A DNA stretch of 58,832 nt, counting the filler, from Sphacelaria rigidula (taxonomy: Eukaryota), in NCBI GenBank assembly GCA_964200075.2. It is 10 parts of 10 records of this genome, joined end to end, with 100 filler letters (N's around TTAATTAATTAA, not from the genome) between each part and the next. Parts side by side here need not be neighbours in the genome. Positions count along the whole stretch, not along the records: positions 23,575 to 29,367 come from CAXNAA020024422.1; positions 29,468 to 35,260 come from CAXNAA020024423.1; positions 35,361 to 41,153 come from CAXNAA020024424.1; 7 more parts are not named here. One strand, 5' to 3'. Made by a program: the position numbers and the translations under genes. Below, piece by piece: positions 25,541 to 37,533 of this stretch (position 1 is its first letter; the number at the start of each line of letters is the position of its first letter). The notes beneath the pieces were generated by a model. The model saw nothing but the letters and a program-made list of their open reading frames with translations, was not told where the DNA came from and did not search any database.

Positions 25541-28500
25541 GGCTGCACAGCTTCCGCAGCTGTCTGGAGCCTGATGTCCCGAAACGCCCCGACGTAATTG
25601 TAGGCCCTTTGGTTCGTTGACTCGTGCAATATCGTTCGACCTTTATGCCTTTTATCAATTGTTCTGGCTAGGTTATTTCACTTTTGCTTTGGACGTCTGC
25701 AGTGGCGTGCTGATGAGCCATCCCGGATGAGCTCGTGCATAAAGCCGTTGGTGGCGCACTGCGTGGGTTGCATGTAACGAAGAGCAATGCGGCGGGTACG
25801 GAGCACAGGGCACCCACGGGGCAAAACAACCTACATAGCCCACGTTCAACTACTTATGCTCAACGTGCGTATGGTAGGTAGACAGAACAAAAGAGTGCAA
25901 AGAGCCGAAGCAGCATACCATCATAGTACACTGTACATGCTCTCATAGTACACTGTACATGCTCTCCAAACATCCCAGTGACACAAAGTCGCGAACTTCA
26001 AAAGCACTGTCTACTACATGCTGAATTATGTTGCAGATAAGATACGCTGTGGACACTACAATTTGTGAACAGGCACACTATTTACTCTATATAAAAGAAG
26101 TAATATTTCACCTGATCCGACCCACACGCCAGCAAACCCTCCCCTCCGAAGGTTTGTGGTCGGAGCATGCCAGTGTTGACTCTACACAAGCAAGGGTTGG
26201 ACACCATGTCATGGTACGATACTCACCACATTGGTAGGAAGATGCCAGTTCAGTGGGCACCGGGGGCTAGCGGGCTCAAACACAACCATTAGTATCGAAG
26301 CCATTGAGCTCGACGTTACCAAGTGTAACGTCATCCACCGCAACAGTGGTCAGGTGGCATGCCATGAGCCGCGCAGGCTGCAGCACAACATGTGTTGCAT
26401 GAAGGTCAGGCTTACATTTGTGAAGACCAGAGATTCCTCTGAGATAGCAGTTCATGATGGCGTAGAGGCTCTTCTATTATTGGCTTACAGGCTAACTTGT
26501 GCTTTGCTAGTAGAGATGCATAGTCCGAAACGCTGTAACCCATGGGGGGCCGCCAAGTCAATTCAATCAAACAATGTAGTATGGCCCATCAGGTACCAAG
26601 CATGACAAAGTATGACGCATGGAACGTAGTCGACTGGAACATGACCAATAAATCTGTAACAGTGGAACAAAGCAATACAGTAGACTAGGACGTAAGAAAG
26701 AAGTTAAATATGAAAAAGAGAAACGAAAAGAACGAAATGGCCGGTATCTGCCACATGGCTTCGACGTACAACGTCCTGCAGAACCATACTCATACCCAAT
26801 CGCAGAAAACATAAGGCCGCGGAAATAACGAACGGTATGAACCATCAACCATGTGCCTCAGCCAAGGAACATTTTTAGTTCGTTCGAGGGTTTTTACCAC
26901 TAGATAAAGTAGTCGACATTGGCCACTTGGTCTAGTGGTAAAAATCCTCCAACAAACAAAAGAAGTTTCGACTTCGATTCTCGACGCAACTATGCTTTAC
27001 CCAGACGCCACAATTTTTCCCACACTGTAGTCGAGGAAACAGGTCAGAGGCACTGCACTTTGGCTGCAGCGTTGGCGAGATGGATCCCAGAGGATCGCGC
27101 CACGGGGGTTTCGAGCTGAAAAACACTCCTTATGTTCGTTATTATCATCATGTTCGACACATTGGCTCGATCTCTCGAACCCCTGGTCACAGAGTGCAAG
27201 GAGCACACCACCCATGCACGTAATTCAAACAGCCCGCAGAAGAAGGCGAAAGCAAAAACATGTACACGAAAAAGGGAACCTATAAGTCGAAAGATCCGTG
27301 TATGGCCGATTGAGCTACAGGAGACCTACTGGAATCTAGAAAGTCCCCGCGTGTGACCCCCCCGGCTACCTTGTCACGTACTGGTGCATACACAGATTAG
27401 TGACAGCGAAAGAGCCGGGGATCGAAAATGTCGCATAGAATAGAGACCCATCCAGCAATAGACCTACTGTCGAGAGTGCTCTTCAAAGAGGTCTTCTACA
27501 GAGCCTGCGTACCGGAGACTGAAGAATGCCAGACAGGAAAATCCTAAAAGGATAAAGCGAACGAGAGAACGGCGAGCCGATGGCAATGAGGAGAGGAACC
27601 GAGGAAACATGATCTCCCTTGAGTTCTGGTCAAGGCGAATGCCGAGATAGCCCCCCCACAAAAAGTGCAACGGGGACCGTCCAAAACCCCGGCCGCAATC
27701 CCACTACTGGGCTCGTTTGCAGGAATTTCACCCACATGAGAGGCGTGTAGCAGTCCAAATGAGTCGCGTCGTGCATCACAAAACCAGCTCTAACGGCAGT
27801 TATGATCATCGCCTCCGTCCACGTTTTGGCCGGTTCGGAGGGGGGCTATCTCGGCAGCAGTTTCAAGTAACACCATCATAGAAACACGACAGGGTGTGCC
27901 TAGCCTACACACGACGTAGCTTTATCAGCAAAACAAAATCTGTTCCGCGTGTCCTCTATTCAAGCATGAGAACATGGGATAACATCTGTATCTACAACAA
28001 AAACAAATACTAATATATCGAAAACCCAACAGGAAAAATAAAATTCTGCCCCGAACGAAATTAGCTTCCCTGCTCTGCTCTTCTCCGCTGCAAGGTCCTC
28101 GTCGAAGTTGACCTACCTCCTGACGCTCCCATCAATCCTCACCACGTACATGACCGGCGCAACCGCCCATCCTCGCCGGTGTTCACCGTCCCACAACAGT
28201 GCTCCGTCTGCTTCCTTTCGTGATGAAGCACTTCCTCGTTTGTGATGCTCTCTGGTTCTGGTCTGTAAGTGTCTCGTCCAGAAGGCTCAGTCAGACCTCA
28301 CCTGTCCGTCGACCGCTTCTCTTCCATCCTTGTCTCCGAAACCAATTTAGACGTCGGCATACATTCCGTGATATCAAAGTGTGCGTGCCAGCTTTCGACA
28401 GTGGTGTCATGTGCCTCCGCGCACACACCGCATCCCAACATACCCGCACTCAGGGTATCGTTCAGCGTTGAAAACGCTCGAGCGAACAGGAATAAGCTCT

Positions 28501-28895
28501 AGAGCATGGCTATACTGTTCTAGGAGTGTGCCTGAGAAAGCTCCCTACAGATGAGCAGGCCCCATCCCACACTTCCCTGTGCACGGAAATAGAGGGCTCT
28601 GTCACGTGCGAAATACGTTGAATTCACCCCCCTCTACCTTCTGCGCCTGATGACACAGATTAAAACCGAACTACAAATTTAGATAAACCATACATTTGTG
28701 CAACGTGGCATGCTTGCTTACAAATCGAATCGAGGCAAAGATCCCCGAAGTAGCACATCTGCCGCGATATGGTCACGGACGGCGCAGTCCATGGCAATGG
28801 GGGAATCGGAGCAAATTCAGCAAGCAAGCACCTGCCGCTTGATCAAGGAGCGACAACGGGTGCGTACAGTAACAACTGTACTACTTGCAGATTAT

Positions 28896-29311
28896 TAGCA
28901 TGTCCGAAGCGAAAACGACGGCAGCTCAAGGCGCGGCGTTTCGGTCCGGGATCGGGTGATGCACCACGATGTTGCCGTTCTGCGCTCGATCAGTTGCAGT
29001 CAGGTTGGCCACATCGCTATGCTTAAATCCTGCGTAAACTCTTCGCCGAAGGTCACCTTCCTCAGTGAAGTAGGCCATACCACCCTGTCGATCGGCTGGT
29101 CGAACTCTTCCCCAGATCTCAGCCGCTGCAGAGATTCTGGCCACACGACTCTATCTATCGGCAGGTTGAAGTGATATCCGAATGTCAGCTCCTTGAGTGA
29201 AGGAGGCCACACCACTCTTTCGAGTGGCTGATTGAAGTTCTGTCCGAAGGACAGCTGCTGGAGTGAAGCAGGCCACACTACTGAATCCACCGGGCGATTG
29301 AACGCATCCAA
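28896..29311 (-). pseudogene. FNIP-repeat protein fragment (about 4.5 x 22-aa repeats), disrupted
   Basis: FNRPVDSVVWPASLQQLSFGQN FNQPLERVVWPPSLKELTFGYH FNLPIDRVVWPESLQRL...; in-frame TGA at WPT*LQ where other repeats have Ser; 5' side abuts a MITE at 29312. Confidence 0.85.
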
Positions 29312-29367
29312 CAGTGTATTCGTGAGATTGAGAGTAGATGATACGATTGAGAGTGGCTTTCATCAAT
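29312..29367 (+). mobile_element. MITE family M2 left end (cut by scaffold end)
   Basis: CAGTGTATTCGTGAGATTGAGAGT matches the TIR of 30514-30807 and 53632-53922. Confidence 0.75.
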
Positions 29368-29539
29368 NNNNNNNNNNNNNNNNNNNNNNNNNNNNNNNNN
29401 NNNNNNNNNNNTTAATTAATTAANNNNNNNNNNNNNNNNNNNNNNNNNNNNNNNNNNNNNNNNNNNNAAGCACTGTTTTAGGCTTGAACCTCATCTCGGA
29501 GTTAAACCTCAATTCGCACAATTTGTTGTTATCTGGTGA

Positions 29540-29797
29540 TTCATATATACAACACAACTCATCGGTAAATATTCAGGCCAGGCGAGTTGTCCAACATAAC
29601 TCATCGGTGCACGTTATCGTCGGGTAAACTATACAAAACTCAGCGGGACATATTTTGGCCGGGTGAATTGTACGACATAACTCATCAGTACACATTCTGG
29701 AGGGATAAGCTACACCAAATTCAGCGGTGCAAATTTTCGGCCGGTGCGTTTCAGTTTACAATATATCTGACTTAACTCATGAGTTGTCCGACGTGTG
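29540..29797. mobile_element. TIR element end with an alternating 42/39-bp internal array
   Basis: AACTCA(T/G)CGGT-like motif five times; terminus CTCATGAGTTGTCCGACGTGTG. Confidence 0.7.
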
Positions 29798-30010
29798 GAA
29801 ATTTCACACATGCCCATCGAGGGAGCGGGTTGCACCTCGCCAAGCGGGATTGCGCCTCTTTCCGTGGACTGTCACGTGAGAGCGTGGTCGACTTGACACG
29901 GGCATGCAATTTTATTGTTCCCGTTATCCCCGTATCAAAGATGGTCTCCTGCGGAGAGTTGTTCCCGGTTCACAGTAGATAGCAACGTAAGAACTTTCCT
30001 CATCACCTAT

Positions 30011-30470
30011 CGCCCCGGTGGCTCAGTTGGTAACCTCGAAACCTTCTGACGGGTGGATCGTGGGTTCGAACCGCCGAGCGATCTGGAATTCTTCTCACAC
30101 AATGCCCAACAGTGGGGATCGACTATGTTTTGGCGTGGGGCATCGACTCAAACCTTCTGGCGTTTGGGTCGTGGATTCGAACCTTCTAGCGATCTGGAAT
30201 TCTTCTCACACAGTGCCCAACAGTGGAAGAAGCGACTGTGTTGTGGGGGGGGGGTATCAACTTCATCGTCGACGAAGGAAAGGAACTGGTGAAGCCCTCG
30301 CGATTAAAAATAAAGGCGTGCACCGCAGAGAGAAGGTGGAGCTCAAAAATATATTTAAAAAACACGCTGGTGTTGGCCTCCCTCCTGTGTGATCCCGGCT
30401 GATGCCCCCACGTATACTGAAAGGTGTAAAGTCGGCGTTCAGAATGGATGGGACGCCACACACACGTAAA
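30011..30470 (+). mobile_element. tRNA-derived SINE family S1 with a duplicated head segment
   Basis: A box TGGCTCAGTTGG, B box GGTTCGAACC; ~110-bp internal duplication; ends GGGACGCCACACACAC. Confidence 0.85.
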
Positions 30471-30513
30471 AAGCGTCGACAGTGGACGATGAGCCCGACA
30501 TGGGCACAAAAAA

Positions 30514-30807
30514 CAAGGTTTTCGTGAGATTGAGAGTTGGGTGCGGATTGAGAGTGGCTTTGATCATAATCTTTAATTGGCCAATTTTTCATTCCGTGTG
30601 TGTCTTTCGTCGTCTCATCACTGCCATGTGCTTACAGCTACACGCCGGTATCCTACTCAGGGGTATCGAGCGCCTCAGCGGCAAGCTACTACAGAGAAAA
30701 TATTGGGCCTGGTGTAGGTGCATTTTGGAACTGAAACGGCTTCTTCACCAATTGAACTCTTTTCACTCTCAATCGTACCTTCAACTCTCAATTTCACGAA
30801 AATGTTG
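30514..30807 (+). mobile_element. MITE family M2 (copies 49671-49925, 53632-53922, degenerate ~58455-58548)
   Basis: TTTTCGTGAGATTGAGAGTTG ... CAACTCTCAATTTCACGAAAA inverted ends; similar internal sequence in the copies. Confidence 0.85.
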
Positions 30808-32265
30808 TTAAAACGAGTCATGTCGACAAACTCCCAAAACTGGGTCCGAGTCTAACCCGAGTCATCATGTCCAATTCGGAATGCTAGAGACAAATTTGAC
30901 TCCAACGAGTCAACGCAACATATTCACGAGTGTAACAGACTTACAGACTCCAAGCATGCAACTCATCTAGGGAACGAAATGGGGATGTGTTGGCTCAAGT
31001 CATACGACTACCAATCCGGACGAAACGGGGAACGAGTTATTTCCGATCGTCGTTCACCGTGTCAACAAATGTGCTTACGATCCCGTGTCCCACGACCAAG
31101 AGTCGGACTCGTTCGCGACCTCTTTTCGGTGTGTTGCTTCTTTGGCACGGCCATGCCCGACCTGTGTCGTGTGACGAACCATAATTGATAGTTTCGCCCC
31201 TTCTAAAAATTTTCGTCATGATGCTGCTGAGACTTCCAGTGGATGAATTAACACTCTCTCGGAGAGGGGAAACAGTTCAGAATTGGGAGTAAATACCCGC
31301 AAGCATGAACGAAGGCAAGTCTCAAAGGCCTGCTGTTCAGAATGCACGTCCCAGCTCAACATTCGTGCGTATTCGTGCGTGCGTGCAAAATAGTGTCCGA
31401 TGGCACATACAGTCCCGTTCTCGCTCCTGCTGATCTGCACGAGTCGTAAACAATTATAGTGGGTGCCTGACAATGCTTTACTCTAGGGATGTCTTGACTC
31501 TGCCACAACAGTGGGTGAATTTCACTCACGATGCAATTTTCACGATGGAAACGAACGCATCAATTGATCCTGCAGCAAGCACAAGACGACATTTACTGTA
31601 CATGGTGCACCAATCATATATACATACACACACATACTATGTACAAATATGGACACGTCTACAAAAGGGAGAAATACATCCCTGAAAAAAGACGCGAATA
31701 CACCAAACAATCATCGCCCGCACACTTCATACCGTACAAACAAAAACAAACAGCCCCTCCCGACAGAGCACCCCTACCGAAAATACCGATTGTTCCGCGG
31801 CTTACAGGAAAGAAAAATGTTATCGCTAAAATTCCATCATGTACAAAACTGGCAAGCTAGCCTACAGGGGAAAATGGTGGGCCGCTGGATGTGAATCACA
31901 GCGCACCCTTCGCTGGCGCATGATCATCCCCCGTTCTCGCAATGAAGCCAGCTGGAAACCCTGCGGACAAGAACGGAAGCGTCATTCCATAATCTCGGGA
32001 AAACAAACACGTTCTACCCTGTTCCGCCGCTGGTAGTTCATGACTATGGAACGCGATGGACAAAGAGGGGAAAACATGGTACACACACGTACGAATAAAC
32101 ATGCGACGGGAATCGTAACCTATCTCCCATCTCCTGCGCCAACCGAAACAATAACTGGTCCGGGAAAAAAAATAATAATAATAAACTGAGGATGCTAACT
32201 GCTGAACGCTGTTTGCCTCCTACTTCAAGTCACCAAAAAACCACCCCACACTTGACATGACGAGA

Positions 32266-32331
32266 TCACATCAACCCTCCACCGCCGCTTGCACTTTGTC
32301 GCCAGTTGCCTTGGCCTTGCTGCCCTCGGAA
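32266..32331 (-). CDS. Probable terminal exon of the Q/G-rich protein (FRGQQGQGNWRQSASGGGGLM*)
   Basis: GACAG acceptor, phase 0 matching the exon ending at 33150, same Q/G composition, TGA stop. Confidence 0.7.
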   Translation of the reverse strand, partial: FRGQQGQGNWRQSASGGGGLM

Positions 32332-33149
32332 CTGTCGATTGCGTCGCGCGTGCACCGATCATCGAATACGAAGCACCAAAAAAGTCAGCCAACGACGCTC
32401 CAAAAACGTTCCAGGGACATGAAGAACGGATAGCACGCGGGAAGATAAACACCGGACGAGAGAGAATAGCGGGAGAGCAAGTACGACCAGTGGGGGCTCT
32501 GCCATGGTACGGCGAGTCGCCCACCCGTCATGATCGTACCACATTGGGATCTCGCACTATACTAGTGCGGCGCGATTAATCGATATGAGTTCTTATCGGA
32601 TCAGGCGGGTAACAAGTGATTTTGACCGCACCACAGTGGGGCCCGTCTCTCGAGAGGGGCAAACATTGGAGGGATCCCCACTGTGGGTAAAAAGGTGGGT
32701 AAAATTGTGGGTGGGGGCAGGGAGGGTGTGCACGAAGTCACCAGCGAAACTGACCGTATCACGTACAAAAAATCATTCAATGTGGTTAAGACGCCTGGCA
32801 ATATATTCGGCGGCGGTGTTCAGCGACGGGAATACAGTCTTTGACCGGGGTGAAGCACTATGAAACATGCCTATATGCTTCACTGGTCAGACTCATCAAC
32901 GACATTTCACCGTATAGGTTGGCCCCGCTAGTTGTAGAATTACGGTATACAACAAATTGAGGATTGGAAAAAAAAGAGTAATAACGCTACTGTACTGTAC
33001 TTTCATTCGTCAACCTGTCACGACTCGTATAGCCCTCAACAAACACGGCACTCCTCGAGATTCCTCTTGTCTTCTGTCTCTCTCTATGTATGTGTATATA
33101 TACATCCTATCCCTTGCCCCGGCCTCTCTCTTGCTTACTCTTTCCTCAC

Positions 33150-33875
33150 CTGACCCAACAACCCTCCTCCGTCCCCCAACCCGCCCTGCGATCCGTTCTG
33201 CCCGCCGCCGGCCGCCCTGTCAGCCATCATCCCTCCTAAACTTAACCCCGCAGCCAGCTGTTGTTGTTGCTGCTGCTGCTGTTGCTGCATCTGCTGCTGC
33301 TGCATCTTCTCCATGCCGCCAGCGCTGGCTCCCACGCCTCCCGCACCCCCAAGCATCCCCACGCCCACACCACTTGCCACACCAACGGGCGCTGCGCCGC
33401 CTTGCCACTGATTCTGCATCTGCATCTCTTGTTGCTGCTGCGGTGACACCCCTGCACCCAGGCCCAAACTTCCAAGCCCCCCAGCTACCCCTCCATTTCC
33501 TCCCACCCCTGCCGCCATTCCTCCCTGCAGCCCCGGCATCATCATCCCCGAGCCAACGGTGACAATTCCATTAAGGCTGGTGCCCGTCATCTGTCCCAGC
33601 CCGTTAACAGCGAGGCTCCCTCCCCCCTGTCCTGTCGCATTCCCCAACCCCATAGAACCAAAAGCTTGCATTACCTTGTCCGCGGGTGCTGCTCCTGTGC
33701 TTGCTGTTGCTCCTCCTGTTGGTAGGTTGCCTGCTAAGCCCATCGGTGCGATACTTGCGGTAACTCCGCCTTGCTGTTGCTGTTGCGCTTTGCTAAGCAT
33801 GAGCATCTTGAGCTGTTCTAATTGCTGCTGCTGCTGAAGAAGCTGTTTCTTCAGCTCCGCCTCTTTCGCGGCGCG
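33150..33875 (-). CDS. Exon encoding a coiled-coil plus Gln/Gly/Met-rich low-complexity region; putative epsin-like/clathrin adaptor C-terminus
   Basis: AACAG acceptor, CAG|GTGAGG donor, 726 nt phase 0-0, RAAKEAELKKQLLQQQQQLEQLKMLM...; family assignment is inference. Confidence 0.75.
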
Positions 33876-34549
33876 CTGTTGTTTTCCCCCCCAACACATG
33901 GATTTTGTGTGTGTTTTCAGTTCAGTTGTCATGGGGGGTACGCGCGAGGGAAATATTTCGTTTCGCGAGAAATAAAACGAACAACAGCGGGTACGAAAAA
34001 TATGGGGGGAGGGGGGGGGGCACGTGAAAAACCGGGATGACCATCAGGACGCTTGGTTCCCGTTGCAGTCGTACACATACAAAAAATCGTATCTACTATC
34101 GAATTGAGACGCAAGCGAAGGATAATGTCTCTTGACAAGGGATCGCAGAAAAAAAAAAGGCAGCCAACGTATCCCTTCAAGAAAGTAGCCAATAATGAGG
34201 AAAACGCACGGGTGAGGAGGCACCAAAAACCACAATTTCACACTGTTTATTGAAGGGAAACAAAACAGAACAGCCTACTGGACACGTGGAACAGACCAGA
34301 ATCGAAACAACCAAGAACATTCCCAACATAGCTCTATGCTAGATATTGCTATGAGCTGATCTTGTGTCGATTCATCACACGAAAATTTCGGGCTATTCTG
34401 CATGGCTCTTGCTTGCCCCGGGGTGTTCGTGTAGCGATTGTTAGAGAGTGACCACAGCACATGTTCGTTCTGTATGAGGCAAGCGTGCAAAAACACCCCG
34501 ACACCCAACATTGCAGAATTTTGGTCTGCCGTGCATGTGAAACACTCAC

Positions 34550-34627
34550 CACCAAGTCCTGCGCGTCCGGGACTCTTGCAGGCTGCACCTCGCCGATGTC
34601 CAGGTCGAGAAGGTCCGGCGCAAGAGC
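34550..34627 (-). CDS. Exon of the same gene (ALAPDLLDLDIGEVQPARVPDAQDLV) with a clathrin-box-like LLDLD
   Basis: TGCAG acceptor, GTG|GTGAGT donor, phase 0-0. Confidence 0.75.
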
Positions 34628-35007
34628 CTGCACCACAAATTCAGCGCGCACCGAACATAGAAAGCGTGGAAGGGTTCAGGATGCATAAAGTAGCCAAAGG
34701 AACAATGCGGTGGCAAGGACGCATGTGTACCGCCTTAAATGTTGAGACATGTCCGCGCACCTCACAACACCGAAAAGATCGACGCAGCGTGAGCAGGAAG
34801 TTAACATCGGCGGCAAACGTAAGCTTGTCTCCCCCCCCCCCCCCCTCCCTGCTGCCCCCTCCCTAGAAAGTCTCAGGCATAGAAAAGACTCCAGCTGCAC
34901 GAATTTTATAGGAAAATTCAGAGCACAGTACACGCACTGCAAGACGTAAGAACGCCAGAACGGACTACGTATATGGCCCGCCTGTCGGCCTTTCATCATG
35001 CCTCCAC

Positions 35008-35102
35008 CTGGCGGGTGTGATCGCTATCTTCGACCTCCTGCGTACGCCTCCTTGGGTCTTTGGAATCGTCGAAATATCGATCGGGTCGACCCTCATACAA
35101 GC
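35008..35102 (-). CDS. Exon of the same gene (GLYEGRPDRYFDDSKDPRRRTQEVEDSDHTRQ)
   Basis: CCAG acceptor after a pyrimidine tract, CAG|GT donor, phase-0 join to 34627. Confidence 0.7.
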
Positions 35103-36095
35103 CTGGCGCCCATCGGGGAGAAGAAAGGAGTGGAGATGGGAAAAGAGCACATCGCACGAACGAGCAAAATATCGGACAATAAATAGAAATCAATATTATT
35201 AATAGCCAAAATGATGTCCCGCTCGATACTGGGATCAAGTCAACAAAATGATCCCCCGCTNNNNNNNNNNNNNNNNNNNNNNNNNNNNNNNNNNNNNNNN
35301 NNNNTTAATTAATTAANNNNNNNNNNNNNNNNNNNNNNNNNNNNNNNNNNNNNNNNNNNNTCAAAAGAGAGGATTTGCTAACAGTAATAGAAAGAAGGCA
35401 GGCCACCAAAAGGCGCTCCCCCCCCCCCCCCCCGTACGCCCCCCCGTAAACCAGCGCCAAAATTGTCACAAATAAAGTGGCCATACAAGGCATGATAGCT
35501 GGTTTCAGAGTCCATAAAACGCCTCACATGGGCGGCATTGGCGAAAACGATCCCACGCATGGGAAGCCCCAGCTGCTCGGTGTGCTCGGCTTTTGTCATT
35601 TTGGTATACATGTAGATTTTGCCTCCTCAGACAAGGCATATTTCTGGGGGGTCAACCGCGGGTATCACTCACGTGATCGGGGTAATTTGAAGGATAACAG
35701 TTGCTGAGGGAAAATCAAGATCGATTGGTTTGATTGATTGCTGTACATTCACGGATCCCCGAGGAGTCATGATCCAGCCGTGGTCATTATCCACAAGATA
35801 GACGTATGTGCCCGAGATGAAAAAATGAAACAAAAAATGCTGGAGAACAGTAGATAAAACAGGAAGATGGAACAGGCAAACGAAGTCGACAAAAAAAACA
35901 AAAATCAGACAAGAGAAACAACGAGAAATTGCCGGCCTTTGCAACATGGCGTCAGGTGGAAAAGATCTTGCGCAAAACTAGATGCACCCATACCCGAACG
36001 AAAACAAAAAAGCGGGGGTAAAATATTGCGGCTCAGCTATTTCGGTTGCACTGCATTGGGTATGAGCCATGACTCATGAACCCTAGGGAAGCGAG

Positions 36096-36378
36096 CACGG
36101 TTTGGACGAATCATCGCCGGTATGAATCACTAAATCTACGTGTACGATTTTTCAGGTGTGATTTCTCGAAAGAGAGAAAAAAAACTCGACCGCTGGTCAA
36201 AAAGATCTCCGCGCAATTTTCGCGCCGTTCCACGTCCCTGGGCCGCACGTACCTTAGGGATTGCTTGCAACGCTGAAGACAAAGTTCAAGGGTTGATTTG
36301 TACGGTACGAATCAATTGCACTATAATATACTTCGAAGTAGTAATTTGCAGACGAATTATCCATTCCTTCGATCCTTG
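36096..36378 (+). mobile_element. hAT-like MITE family M1 with a perfect 8-bp TSD
   Basis: GAAGCGAG directly flanks both ends (36088-36095 and 36379-36386); ends CACGGTTTGGACGAAT ... ATTCCTTCGATCCTTG. Confidence 0.9.
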
Positions 36379-37533
36379 GAAGCGAGACACCAGACTGCGA
36401 CTTGCATATATTGTACCGGGAGATAGGAACTCACTTCGAGGGAAAGCATAACAAAAAGGGGGAAATGACGAACGGAGACGGTGAGAGCAGATTAGACTTG
36501 AAAAAAAGAAAGAGAAGGAGAGAAGGGCAGTAAGGGCGCCAGGTCAGTATCTATTGCCCGTTCCAAGGAACCGTCCGACAGGCCCGCACCAGGGCTCGAG
36601 TACGAAAAACGAGGACCCGTGGAAGCAGGTTTCGACTAAGCTATATGGGGACCGCGCTACTTGAGGAAATCTCTCCCGCCAGCTCTGCAGGAGCGCCACA
36701 ACCACTACAGTAACACGGGCCAGAAAGGGGATAAGGGAAAAAGAGAACAGAGTAAAAAAAGGAGGAGGAAGGAGGAGGATGAGAGGGGAGAAAACGGAAG
36801 AAATGAGAGGTGACTTCAAATGTCGGTGTGTGTGGTGTTGTGGCCCGGTCGTGAGGACATCATTCGTCATGCCTGAGAGCAATGTCATTGAGCAAGGGCT
36901 GCGGCGTCAGCCACAGAAGTCTTGTAAAATTTGCCGTTATAGTTTTCCAGGGGGGGGGGGGGGGGGGGGGGGGGAGGGGGGGGCACTCGTGATCTTGCAT
37001 GTCGTGTTCATGTGACCGTTGACCGGAGCGGTGTTGGGGTGTTCTTGGGTATGGATAGCGGTGTGCGAAGCGTCCAAAGGTACGACAGATGGGAAACAAA
37101 TGTTGAAAATTGAGTTTTGGGCGTTTTACATGCGCACGTCATGCGGAAGTTACAGTCTTGCCATGGTGACGACACACATACCAAAAGAATTGCGGAGTAG
37201 CGGGAGAGCTTTCTCGCTCCTGGAGAAATAACAGTACGCGCTCTAGAATGGCCCGCTAACGTCGGTATACTTCGAAGATCCCCAGGGTAAGGTAAGATAG
37301 GGTACAACCTACCCGTCGGTACTCGAGTATGGCGAATGTTTATCTGTCGATTGTCGCGCAGGCATTTCGGGATTTCCAGTAGTTTCGGCGGTCGATACCC
37401 TCTGTACCCTGGGGGTATTGGGCATTCAAAATGCCCTCGAAACCTGGGGAACCTCAGGGTATGTACCCTATCTTGAGCACCTATGGCGTTTATTGCTAAT
37501 TCTGTCCTGCTTTGTCCTACGTGTGAATTTTTC

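Noticed and set aside
24936..25658. Long ORFs with poly-Val/Leu/Cys/Trp
   Set aside because: Translation of a trinucleotide microsatellite
26250..27612. Possible minus-strand exon chain starting MFPRFLSS...ILLGFSCLAFF
   Set aside because: Splice sites are plausible but the product is unrecognisable and frame choice ambiguous
29540..29750. CRISPR-like look (conserved motif plus ~30-nt variable filler); same for 37852-38125
   Set aside because: Conserved part is only ~11 nt, alternate fillers resemble each other, no cas genes, eukaryotic TE context
30011..30085. Functional tRNA gene
   Set aside because: No proper cloverleaf; continues into a repeated SINE body
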